Shown piece after piece: positions 29,366-38,689 of a stretch of DNA of 64,000 nucleotides. Positions within the stretch are counted from its first letter, which is position 1, and each line of letters opens with the position of its first letter. A program made the position numbers and the translations under genes. Source of the stretch: Marinoscillum sp. (lineage in GTDB: Bacteria; Bacteroidota; Bacteroidia; Cytophagales; Cyclobacteriaceae). The stretch lies in contig JAVJQA010000035.1 in NCBI GenBank assembly GCA_040218045.1, forward strand, positions 17,946-81,945, in the 5' to 3' direction. The notes under the pieces were generated by a model. That model saw only the letters and a program-made list of their open reading frames with translations, did no database searches and was not told where the DNA came from.

Positions 29366-29436
29366 ATTTTGATGTCCCCCTCTTCTTAAAGGGTATCTTT
29401 TTTGGTCTAATTTCCAAATAAAAATATAATTCGCCG

Positions 29437-30843
29437 ATGCATGTAGAAACATGGGATAAATGCCTCTTGTTCATAAGAGAGCGCATTCCAGCTCAGAGTT
29501 TTTCAACTTGGTTCGAACCAATCGTTCCAGTAAAGCTTCATAATGAAGTTTTGACGATTCAGGTTCCTAGCCAGTTTTTTTACGAATGGTTGGAGGAGAA
29601 CTATGTGCACTTACTGAAGCAGGCAATCAAATCTCAGATCGGCGAAAATGGGAGATTGGAATATTCGGTTGTGGTAGATAGAGGAGATGAGCATATCAAA
29701 CCAACAACTGTAAATGTTTCTGGAAGCAGTCACAGTCAAAATAAGAATAGGGTTAATGGGTATGATGCTTACAAGAACCCAGATTTCCTCAGGGAATTAA
29801 AGAAAAACTCCAACCTCAATCCGTCTTACAGGTTTGAAAATTTTATTGAAGGTGACTGTAATAGGTTGGCAAGATCTGCGGGATTCGCTGTAGCTCAAAA
29901 ACCAGGCATCACTTCTTTCAATCCACTAATGTTTTATGGAGGTGTTGGTTTGGGTAAAACGCACCTAGTTCAGGCAATCGGAAATGACATTATTAGCAAT
30001 GACCTGTCAAAATCGGTCATTTATGTTGCTTCTGAGAAATTCACCAACCAGTTCATAGATGCGCTGAAGAACAACAACCTTCAGGATTTTATCAATTACT
30101 ACAAGGAAGTGGATGTGTTGATCCTTGATGATGTTCAGTTCCTAAAGGAAAAGGAAAAAACACAAGAGATCTTCTTCCACATCTTTAATCACTTACATCA
30201 GGGTGGTAAGCAGATCATTATGACTTCTGACTGTGCACCGAAAGATTTGAAAGGTCTTCAGGAAAGACTTGTTTCAAGGTTTAAGTGGGGACTCACGGCA
30301 GACTTACAGGCTCCTGATTTCGAGACCAGGATGGCAATCATTCAGACCAAAATGCAAGCTGATGGGATCAGTATACCAGATGAAGTGGTTGAATACATCG
30401 CTTACACAGTAGATACCAATATCCGTGAGCTCGAAGGAGTGGTTATCTCATTGATAGCTCATGCCTCGCTCACCAAATCTCAAATGGATCTGGAGTTGGC
30501 CAAGCAAATCCTCAAAAATATAGTGACTGATATTGACTCAGAAGTGGGCATCGATTACATCCAAAAGACCGTTTCTGATTATTTTAAAGTTTCACAAGAA
30601 GACCTCAAGGCAAAAACCAGAAAGAAGGAAATAGTGATTGCTCGCCAGGTGGCGATGTATTTTTCTAAAGATTATACAAATCACAGCTTAAAATCCATTG
30701 GTTACCACTTTGGCGGAAGAGACCACTCTACAGTCATTCACGCGGTACAGTCGGTCAATGACATGATCGATACCAATGCAAAGTTCCGTTTTGCTATTGA
30801 CGAACTGAAAAAGAAACTCAAAATCAGAACAGCTGTAGCTTAA
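29437..30843 (+). CDS. dnaA: chromosomal replication initiator protein DnaA
   Basis: 468 aa. Walker A GGVGLGKTHL, Walker B LILDDVQFL, and C-terminal DNA-binding signature IARQVAMYF...HFGGRDHSTVIHA. Confidence 0.97.
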   Translation: MHVETWDKCLLFIRERIPAQSFSTWFEPIVPVKLHNEVLTIQVPSQFFYEWLEENYVHLLKQAIKSQIGENGRLEYSVVVDRGDEHIKPTTVNVSGSSHSQNKNRVNGYDAYKNPDFLRELKKNSNLNPSYRFENFIEGDCNRLARSAGFAVAQKPGITSFNPLMFYGGVGLGKTHLVQAIGNDIISNDLSKSVIYVASEKFTNQFIDALKNNNLQDFINYYKEVDVLILDDVQFLKEKEKTQEIFFHIFNHLHQGGKQIIMTSDCAPKDLKGLQERLVSRFKWGLTADLQAPDFETRMAIIQTKMQADGISIPDEVVEYIAYTVDTNIRELEGVVISLIAHASLTKSQMDLELAKQILKNIVTDIDSEVGIDYIQKTVSDYFKVSQEDLKAKTRKKEIVIARQVAMYFSKDYTNHSLKSIGYHFGGRDHSTVIHAVQSVNDMIDTNAKFRFAIDELKKKLKIRTAVA

Positions 30844-32303
30844 AAATAGTAAGGATAATACACCTTCCGTCCCCTCTTATCGATTCCCGCAATGATCACT
30901 CTGCCTTTGATTTTCTCAAGAATACGAGAGAGTTCTTCAGGAGATTCAATGATTGTGTTGTTGATGTTGGTCACAATGAAGCCCTCAGGTATGCCCAATT
31001 CAGCAAATACTCCTGATCGACTGTAATCAACTACTTTGATACCGCTATTGATGCCGAGAAGATCTCGCTCAACCTTGGATACAGACTCAAAGGTGGCTCC
31101 AAGCCACTCTGAAGTGAACATGTTGCGTTCGATGATTCCTGTTGTTCCTTCCCTGTTGGTTAAGGTTAGCGTCTTGTTGATCTTCTTGCCATCTCTCTCA
31201 ACCACGAGGTTAAGTTCGTCTCCAGGGTACCTATGTCCGATATATTCTTCCAGATACGCTTTGCTTTGAATGGGTTTGCCATCAATACTCCTGATTACAT
31301 CACCTTTTTCGAGTTTACTTTTAGCCGCTGCACCTTCACTTTGTACATTGGCAATAATTACCCCCGAAAGATCATCGAGGTTCATTCTTGTAGCGAGTTC
31401 ACTGTTGATATCAATGAATTCGGCACCTGTGAATGCCTTTTGTACTTCTCCATATTTCTGAACATCATCAAATACCTTCCGAACGATATTTGAGGGAACA
31501 GCAAAACCATATCCAGAATAGGTGCCTGTTCTTGAGAGAATAGCGGTATTGATGCCAATAAGTTCGCCTTCAGTATTGACCAATGCACCGCCACTGTTTC
31601 CCGGGTTAATCGCTGCATCCGTTTGGATGAACGACTCAATCGGAAACTTATCCTTTAAGATATTGATGTTTCTCCCTTTTGCACTCACTATGCCTGCAGT
31701 GACGGTAGAAGTAAGATTAAATGGATTGCCAACTGCCAGCACCCACTGCCCAACATTCACTTCGTCCGAGTTAGCAAATTGGATGGAAGGAAGGTTGTCT
31801 TTTTCTACTTTAAGAATTGCAAGATCTGTGCTAGGGTCTTTGCCAACAAGCTTGGCATCATACGTTTTTTTGCCATGGACGACCTTAATCAAATCGGCAT
31901 GGTCAATGACATGGTTGTTTGTAACAATATAGCCGTCTTTGGATAATATAACTCCTGAGCCACTACTGATCTGCTGGGAAGATCTGGGTTCAAAAAACCA
32001 ATCCAGCCAACTCCCGGTCCTGTATTCATACTCGCTCAATGTCTGAATGAAGACAACACTTGATTGGGTTCTTTCGGACGCGAGCACAAAATCCACATCG
32101 GTAGCTGAGGTGGAGGCGTAGTTTCGTGTTATTCCTGGTGTGAAACCATCTATGTTCTCAAAGTGACCTTCGTTGGCTACAAGGCTGGTTTGGTGCTGGG
32201 TTTGATCAAGCGGTGCTGTCAAAAGCTGAAAAGTCACCAAACAGCCAATAACTCCAGAAAGTGTGCCTGTCAATAGTATTACAAATAGTGTGGTACGTTT
32301 CAT
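30840..32303 (-). CDS. htrA: Do/HtrA-family periplasmic serine endopeptidase with two PDZ domains
   Basis: 487 aa. Catalytic triad context TNNHVI, DLAILKV, GNSGGALV. PDZ-like C-terminal halves. Confidence 0.9.
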   Translation of the reverse strand: MKRTTLFVILLTGTLSGVIGCLVTFQLLTAPLDQTQHQTSLVANEGHFENIDGFTPGITRNYASTSATDVDFVLASERTQSSVVFIQTLSEYEYRTGSWLDWFFEPRSSQQISSGSGVILSKDGYIVTNNHVIDHADLIKVVHGKKTYDAKLVGKDPSTDLAILKVEKDNLPSIQFANSDEVNVGQWVLAVGNPFNLTSTVTAGIVSAKGRNINILKDKFPIESFIQTDAAINPGNSGGALVNTEGELIGINTAILSRTGTYSGYGFAVPSNIVRKVFDDVQKYGEVQKAFTGAEFIDINSELATRMNLDDLSGVIIANVQSEGAAAKSKLEKGDVIRSIDGKPIQSKAYLEEYIGHRYPGDELNLVVERDGKKINKTLTLTNREGTTGIIERNMFTSEWLGATFESVSKVERDLLGINSGIKVVDYSRSGVFAELGIPEGFIVTNINNTIIESPEELSRILEKIKGRVIIAGIDKRGRKVYYPYYF

Positions 32304-32474
32304 ATTTATATTGATTTAAGGATCAAACCTGAATTATATAAGGATTTCACAAAAAAATGTTTTGTTAAAAAACGTAAAATAGGATCTTTTTGGTTTCATC
32401 GCATGGACGAATGAGCTAATGAATTTTAGGAATTAGAAAAGGCTTTAATTTACTTTGAGCCATACATTCAAAAT

Positions 32475-33971
32475 ATGGGAATCAGATCCATTTTAAGTAA
32501 ACCATTTGCTTACCTCATTGCTCGGGAGACTCAGAAATGGTCCAGGGCAGGAGGCCAATATCAGGATAAGATATTTAATGAAATTGTTACGAAAGCAGCA
32601 GGGACAGTGTTTGGGTCGGATCATGGTTTTCAGGAAATTAAGTCTTATGATGACTTTAAAGCCCAGGTCCCGATCAGGGATTACGAAGAACTATCTCCTT
32701 ATATTAAACAAATCCTGGCCGGTAAATCGGATATTCTATGGCCCGGTAAGCCTGCCTATTTTGCCAAGACATCAGGTACAACAAGCGGAACCAAGTACAT
32801 TCCTATAACCAAAGAATCCATCCCGAATCATATCAACTCAGCCCGGAATGCCCTTCTTTCTTATGTTCACGAAACTGGGAAAGGTCGATTTCTGGATGGC
32901 AAGCTTATCTTTCTTTCAGGAGCACCTACTTTGGATCAAAAGGCGGGGATCAACACTGGAAGACTTTCAGGGATTGTCAATCACCATGTTCCCGGATACC
33001 TTCGTACCAATCAATTGCCGAGCTATGAGACCAATTGCATGGAGGATTGGGAAGCCAAGGTGGATCAGATAGTAGAAGAGACTTTTGACCAAAATATGTC
33101 TTTGATCTCCGGGATTCCGCCGTGGGTACAGATGTATTTTGATCGACTTACAGCAAAGACTGGTAAGCCTATTAAGGACATCTTTCCAGATTTTGAGATG
33201 TTCGTTTACGGAGGCGTGAATTTTGAACCTTATCGAGCAAAACTGTACGAATCAATTGGAAAGGTGATACCTTCTATTGAGACATACCCGGCATCCGAAG
33301 GATTCATTGCCTATCAGGACTCTCAGGTAGAGGAGGGGCTTTTGTTGCTGGCCAATAGTGGGATATTTTTTGAGTTTATTCCGGCAGATCAGTATTTTGA
33401 TGAAAACCCACCTCGACTGAAAATTGATCAGATTGAGCTTGGAGTCAATTATGCGCTAATCATTAATAGCAATGCAGGACTTTGGGGTTATTCCATTGGA
33501 GATACCGTAAAATTTGTTAGCAGGGATCCTTATAGATTACTGGTCACAGGACGTATAAAACACTTTATTTCTGCTTTTGGTGAACATGTGATAGGTGAGG
33601 AAGTGGAGCAGGCAATGCGGGCTACGTGTGATAAATTTGCAGGTACTGAAATTGTGGAGTTTACGGTGGCTCCTAATGTAACGCCTGATGAAGGCCTGCC
33701 ACTGCATGAATGGTATGTTTCATTTGCTAAAGGACCAACCGAATTCGTTGCTTTCGAAAAAGAGTTAGATTTGCAGCTTCGCAAACGCAATACCTATTAT
33801 GATGATCTGATTTCGGGCTCAATATTGAGGCCACTGAAAATCATCCAATTGCGGCAAGACGCTTTTATTGAATACATGCGATCTATTGGTAAACTAGGGG
33901 GCCAAAACAAGGTGCCAAGACTCTCGAATGATCGAAAAATCGCCAATGAAATTGCCAGGTTTGCCCTATGA
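32475..33971 (+). CDS. GH3 (auxin-responsive promoter) family adenylating enzyme homolog
   Basis: 498 aa. FAKTSGTTSGTKYIP P-loop-like motif and overall GH3-family layout as remembered. Confidence 0.7.
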   Translation: MGIRSILSKPFAYLIARETQKWSRAGGQYQDKIFNEIVTKAAGTVFGSDHGFQEIKSYDDFKAQVPIRDYEELSPYIKQILAGKSDILWPGKPAYFAKTSGTTSGTKYIPITKESIPNHINSARNALLSYVHETGKGRFLDGKLIFLSGAPTLDQKAGINTGRLSGIVNHHVPGYLRTNQLPSYETNCMEDWEAKVDQIVEETFDQNMSLISGIPPWVQMYFDRLTAKTGKPIKDIFPDFEMFVYGGVNFEPYRAKLYESIGKVIPSIETYPASEGFIAYQDSQVEEGLLLLANSGIFFEFIPADQYFDENPPRLKIDQIELGVNYALIINSNAGLWGYSIGDTVKFVSRDPYRLLVTGRIKHFISAFGEHVIGEEVEQAMRATCDKFAGTEIVEFTVAPNVTPDEGLPLHEWYVSFAKGPTEFVAFEKELDLQLRKRNTYYDDLISGSILRPLKIIQLRQDAFIEYMRSIGKLGGQNKVPRLSNDRKIANEIARFAL

Positions 33972-34027
33972 CAAATGAGATACAACTTCGGTCACCTTAT
34001 CACTATCAAAATAGTAGTCTTTAGTTA

Positions 34028-35185
34028 ATGACGAAAGCAAAGCATCTTGCCATTCTTGGCTCAACAGGTTCTATTGGTACACAAGCACTGGATGTTGTTT
34101 CACGACATCCAGAGAAGTTTCAGGTAGAAGTGCTTACTGCCCAAAATAATGCGGAGCTGTTGATTCAGCAAGCTCATCAGTACAAACCAAATGTGGTGGT
34201 TATCTCCAATGAAGCTCTATACGATCAGGTATTTAGTGCTTTAGACCCACTTGATATCAAGGTATATGCCGGACAAGATGCGTTATCAGAGGTTGTTCAG
34301 ATGGAACAAATCGATGTTGTATTAACAGCTCTTGTTGGCTATTCTGGTTTGGTGCCTACTGTTAGGGCGATTGAAGCTGGAAAAGACATTGCACTGGCCA
34401 ATAAAGAAACACTTGTTGTTGCTGGGCAGTTGATCACGAAATTAGCTGTAGTAAACAAGGCCAACATTTTGCCAGTGGACTCAGAACATTCGGCCATATT
34501 TCAGTGCATTGTTGGCGAATACCAAAATCCAATTGAGAAAATTATTTTAACAGCATCTGGTGGACCCTTTAGAGGGAAAAAACGCGATGAGTTGTTGACT
34601 ATTACGAAGGAGCAGGCTTTGAAACACCCAAATTGGGACATGGGAGCGAAAATCACTATTGATTCAGCCACATTGATGAATAAGGGTTTAGAGGTGATTG
34701 AAGCCAAGTGGTTATTTGGTACTGGTTTGGACCAGATAGATGTGGTGGTTCACCCACAGAGTATCATCCATAGCATGGTGCAGTTTGAGGATGGCTCGAT
34801 AAAAGCGCAACTCGGCTTACCGGATATGCGTTTGCCCATTCAGTATGCGCTTAGTTTTCCTGATCGTTTCAAGGCCAACTATCCTAGATTTGATTTTACC
34901 CAGTATCCAGAGCTTACTTTTGAAAGGCCTGATACAGAGACATTTCGTAACTTGCAGCTTGCTTACGATGCGATAGGTAAAGGCGGAAACCATCCATGTA
35001 TACTGAATGCCGCAAATGAAGTAGCAGTAAGCGAATTTTTAAAGGATAAGATTGGTTTTTTAGAAATATCCGAGATTATTGCAGAATGCATGGATAAGGT
35101 TTCGTTTGTTAAAGAACCAGATTTAGAAGATTTTATTAACACAGATAAAGAAACACGCATCAAAGCGTTAGAATTAATTAAGTAA
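34028..35185 (+). CDS. dxr: 1-deoxy-D-xylulose 5-phosphate reductoisomerase
   Basis: 385 aa. ILGSTGSIGTQALDV, LANKETLV, DSEHSAIFQC and NKGLEVIEA motifs. Confidence 0.97.
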   Translation: MTKAKHLAILGSTGSIGTQALDVVSRHPEKFQVEVLTAQNNAELLIQQAHQYKPNVVVISNEALYDQVFSALDPLDIKVYAGQDALSEVVQMEQIDVVLTALVGYSGLVPTVRAIEAGKDIALANKETLVVAGQLITKLAVVNKANILPVDSEHSAIFQCIVGEYQNPIEKIILTASGGPFRGKKRDELLTITKEQALKHPNWDMGAKITIDSATLMNKGLEVIEAKWLFGTGLDQIDVVVHPQSIIHSMVQFEDGSIKAQLGLPDMRLPIQYALSFPDRFKANYPRFDFTQYPELTFERPDTETFRNLQLAYDAIGKGGNHPCILNAANEVAVSEFLKDKIGFLEISEIIAECMDKVSFVKEPDLEDFINTDKETRIKALELIK

Positions 35186-36502
35186 ATGGAAGGAATCATT
35201 ATGACGGCTCAGCTTTTGCTGGGTCTATCAATTTTAGTAGGGTTACATGAGTTGGGTCACCTGGTGGCAGCTAAAGTGTTTGGGATGAGAGTGGAGAAGT
35301 ATTCTATTGGATTTCCTCCGAAAATCTGGGGCAAGCAGATTGGTGAAACAGAATACTCAATTGGAGCAATTCCATTGGGGGGATTCGTGAAAATCACCGG
35401 AATGATCGATGAGTCCTTGGATACAAAAAGTCTCAGTGCAGAACCAGAACCTTACGAATTCAGAGCTAAACCAGCCTGGCAGCGTCTTATAGTGATGCTG
35501 GGCGGAATCATAGTGAATGTGATTACCGGAGTGGTTATTTTCATTGCGTTGGTCTATAGCCAGGGTGAAAACTATATTTCGAAAGAGGAGCTCAATAAGC
35601 ATGGGATTGTGGCATATGATCTTGCCCAGCAACTTGGTTTACAGACCGGCGATAAGATCATAAACATCAATGGTCAGGATTATGAAAAATTCAGTGACCT
35701 CAGAAGCCCGGATGTACTTTTAGGTACTGATGGTTATTACACTGTACTTCGTGATGGTAAGGAGATAAGAATCCCAATTCCAAATAATTTGATCGACAAG
35801 TTTTCAGATAAGAATGTTGAGTTTTTTAGTGTTAGGATTCCATTTGTAATTGGTAAAATCACGGAAGGAGAGAATGCTGAAAAGGCAGGCTTGCAAGTAG
35901 GTGATCGATTTATCAGTTTAAATGGCAATGAAGTAGCATACTTTGATGAATTCACTTCATATCTCGATACAATTGCAGGTAAGACAGTAACTGCCCTTGT
36001 GGAAAGAGATGGTGCTCGTAAGGAAATTGAGGTTGATATTTCTGAAGAAGGAACAATGGGTTTTGCGATAGCGGCAGATGAAAGTCGATTGATCCGCTCG
36101 CACCGTGATTTCACGTTTGGTGAAGCCATGGTTGACGGGACTCAGCAAGCTTTTAATGTGGTTTTCTACAATATAAAGGCTTTTGGAAAAATGTTTTCCG
36201 GAGACGTATCTCCATCCAAATCATTGTCCGGCCCAATAGGAATCGCGCAGTTTTTTGGTGGTGTGTGGGACTGGGCTAATTTCTGGAGAATCACTGGTTT
36301 GCTCTCTATGGTGCTTGCCTTTATGAACCTATTGCCAATTCCCGCACTTGACGGTGGGCATGTAATGTTCCTTACCTGGGAGATTGTCACTGGTAGAAAA
36401 CCGAGTGATAAGTTCCTCGAAAATGCCCAGAAAGTTGGAATGGTGTTGCTTTTAGGTTTAATGACTTATGCCATATTCAACGACGTGGTGAAACTCTTCT
36501 AA
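35186..36502 (+). CDS. rseP: RIP site-2 metalloprotease RseP
   Basis: 438 aa. HELGH zinc motif, PDZ domain(s), NLLPIPALDGGH. Starts directly after the dxr stop. Confidence 0.93.
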   Translation: MEGIIMTAQLLLGLSILVGLHELGHLVAAKVFGMRVEKYSIGFPPKIWGKQIGETEYSIGAIPLGGFVKITGMIDESLDTKSLSAEPEPYEFRAKPAWQRLIVMLGGIIVNVITGVVIFIALVYSQGENYISKEELNKHGIVAYDLAQQLGLQTGDKIININGQDYEKFSDLRSPDVLLGTDGYYTVLRDGKEIRIPIPNNLIDKFSDKNVEFFSVRIPFVIGKITEGENAEKAGLQVGDRFISLNGNEVAYFDEFTSYLDTIAGKTVTALVERDGARKEIEVDISEEGTMGFAIAADESRLIRSHRDFTFGEAMVDGTQQAFNVVFYNIKAFGKMFSGDVSPSKSLSGPIGIAQFFGGVWDWANFWRITGLLSMVLAFMNLLPIPALDGGHVMFLTWEIVTGRKPSDKFLENAQKVGMVLLLGLMTYAIFNDVVKLF

Positions 36503-36523
36503 TCCAAGAAAAAAATATTTATA

Positions 36524-36554
36524 GAAGGCGATGTGATCAATTCTCATCGCCTTC
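36524..36554. terminator. hairpin between convergent rseP and the OmpA-family gene
   Basis: GAAGGCGAT (36524-36532) pairs with ATCGCCTTC (36546-36554) around a 13-nt loop. It overlaps the stop of the minus-strand gene. No strong T-tract. Confidence 0.35.
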
Positions 36555-38522
36555 ATCTATTTCTGAGACTATTGAACTTGGTCTATAGATTTCAAATTCT
36601 ACTCTTCTATTGATAGCTTTTGCCTCTTCAGTGCCTTCGGTAATGATTGGTTTGCTGCTACCATAGCCTTCCCACTCAACACGATCGGGGCTTAGATTGG
36701 CAAACTCAACCATATAGTCTCTAATGTTTTTGGCCCTCTCTTTAGACAACTGCAAGTTGAAATCATTTGATCCATAAGAATCTGTATGTCCTGAAATTCT
36801 AAGCTTAAAGTCAGGGTTGTCATACAAGAAATTGACCACTTTGTTCAAATCAGCATACATTTCTTGCTTCAAGGAGGATTTACCATTATCAAACTCAATG
36901 GATTCAAATTTCACACGACTGGCCAGCGGTTCTGTGACTTTCTTCAGTTCTCTCGGTCCATCGAGAAAAAAAGCATCTTCAATCCTGAAGAAATCGTCAC
37001 CCTGGATCACGAGCAGATAATTTCGTTGATCAATAAGGTCAAATTCGAAACTTCCATCCTGTCTGAGGTATTTTGGCGCTACTTCTACTCCCTCGTCAAG
37101 GTCAATGATTGAAACAATTCCCCGGAAAGCTTTACCTGTCAGGGAATCTGTCAGAGATCCTTTAACCCGGGTTGTGGCAAGGGGCTGGGCAGACATTGGC
37201 AACGGAAACGAATAGATGTCCTGCTTATTTAGATCACGACTCAGGGACCTGGCATAGAAGAGTAGCTCAGACTTATTGTCAATGGTAAAATAATATTCGC
37301 TTCCTCGTCCGTTGACTAGTGGTCCAATATTGAAAGGCTCAGACCAGTTTCCTTTTATGTTGTGGGATTTATAAATATCATACTCCCCGAAATTGTAAAG
37401 CTGTCCGTTCGATCCGAAATAAAGGACATCAAAAACCGGATGATAGAAGGGGCTTACTTCGTTATTTCTTGTATTGATTACAGGGCCTACATTTCTAGCG
37501 CGTGTCCAGTTTCCATTTTTGTCCTTTGAGGTATAATAAATATCGGACAACCCAAATCCTCCCAGACGATCTGATGCGAAATACAGTGTATCCTCAGTGT
37601 GAGAAAGCGAAGGGTGAGAATCCCAGCTCAAACTATTCACATTGGTCCCGAGGTTTTTAATCTCACCCCAGGTACTGTCAGATTGAAGTTCGGCAGAAAA
37701 CAGGTCACAATCCCCGTAGCAATCCAGGCAATCGCACCTGGAGAAGTAAAGCGTCTGGCCATCCCTTGTCAGTACGGCCGAACCTTCTTTATAGCGTGAA
37801 TTGATTTGCTCAAACTCTTTGGCAACTGTCCAGTTTCCATAGTCATCTTTGACACTGAAGAACAAATCCTCATTGAAGGTTCGTCTGATTGAAAGATCGG
37901 TAGAATTGTTTCTCTGGGAGGTAAAGATCAATACATTGTTCTGAACGTTGAGCGATGGTGCATAATCAGCCTTCGAACTATTGATCTCCTGACCCATGTT
38001 CAACAGCACTCCCCTGGGTGGGCGCAAGGTATCAATGAGCTTACGGTATTCTACCAACTCATAGTAATAGTCCAGAGGGACATATAGAGAGGCTTCCTGG
38101 TCATTCAGGGAGTCGTAGTACAGTTCGATTTCCTTAATGTTAATACCTGTATGGTGGTGTCTTAATACAAGTCGGTAAAGACTCTTGGCCTCATCGGATT
38201 CCCCAAAGAGTTCCGTAAGCTTGGCCAGGCGCCAGATCAACCTGGTATCTTTATAGAAGTTTTGAATACCAAAGTTGCTCACATAGTCTTTCAATGCATT
38301 ATATAGGTGCTCCCAATCCTTTTCTTCCTCAAGTCTTGAAATCCTCCGGAGCTTATCTTCGTTGTAGTAATCAGGGAGTTTGTTGATGTTCTTGAAATCG
38401 TAAATGTTAAGCGTGACATTAGGCGGAATGGAATCTGTGCTGATTTTTTTGGTGACAATCCGCTGTGCTGCCAAAGGCAGGGTTGAGTAGGCGATGATAA
38501 AAAAGATAAAAAATATTCGCAT
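36537..38522 (-). CDS. OmpA-family protein with TPR-like, TolB-type beta-propeller repeat and OmpA C-terminal domains
   Basis: 661 aa with a signal peptide. Repeated Y.P..s.dg..lyF.S.R motifs (ADYAPSL, LYFSRCD, LYFASDRLGGFG, LYFGSNG). C-terminal OmpA peptidoglycan-binding motif SGHTDS...NLQLSKERA...NRRVEF. Confidence 0.85.
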   Translation of the reverse strand: MRIFFIFFIIAYSTLPLAAQRIVTKKISTDSIPPNVTLNIYDFKNINKLPDYYNEDKLRRISRLEEEKDWEHLYNALKDYVSNFGIQNFYKDTRLIWRLAKLTELFGESDEAKSLYRLVLRHHHTGINIKEIELYYDSLNDQEASLYVPLDYYYELVEYRKLIDTLRPPRGVLLNMGQEINSSKADYAPSLNVQNNVLIFTSQRNNSTDLSIRRTFNEDLFFSVKDDYGNWTVAKEFEQINSRYKEGSAVLTRDGQTLYFSRCDCLDCYGDCDLFSAELQSDSTWGEIKNLGTNVNSLSWDSHPSLSHTEDTLYFASDRLGGFGLSDIYYTSKDKNGNWTRARNVGPVINTRNNEVSPFYHPVFDVLYFGSNGQLYNFGEYDIYKSHNIKGNWSEPFNIGPLVNGRGSEYYFTIDNKSELLFYARSLSRDLNKQDIYSFPLPMSAQPLATTRVKGSLTDSLTGKAFRGIVSIIDLDEGVEVAPKYLRQDGSFEFDLIDQRNYLLVIQGDDFFRIEDAFFLDGPRELKKVTEPLASRVKFESIEFDNGKSSLKQEMYADLNKVVNFLYDNPDFKLRISGHTDSYGSNDFNLQLSKERAKNIRDYMVEFANLSPDRVEWEGYGSSKPIITEGTEEAKAINRRVEFEIYRPSSIVSEIDEGDEN

Positions 38523-38689
38523 TTCGCTCCGATCACAAACATGCCTTTACGACAGTTTTAAACAAATCTGGTTAAAGATAATACCATTTCTGGCACAGTC
38601 GCTAATTTGGCATAGCTATTGAACAATTAGTCCCTACATTCTATTAGGACTATTATCATGGCATAACCTGCCATATTGACACATATTAC

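Noticed and set aside
38591-38623. Sigma-54-like elements upstream of lon (TGGCACagtcgCTAAT and TGGCATagctaTTGAA).
   Set aside because: Neither copy has the required -12 TTGC (GC dinucleotide) at the correct spacing from the -24 GG. The resemblance is limited to the TGGCA hexamer.
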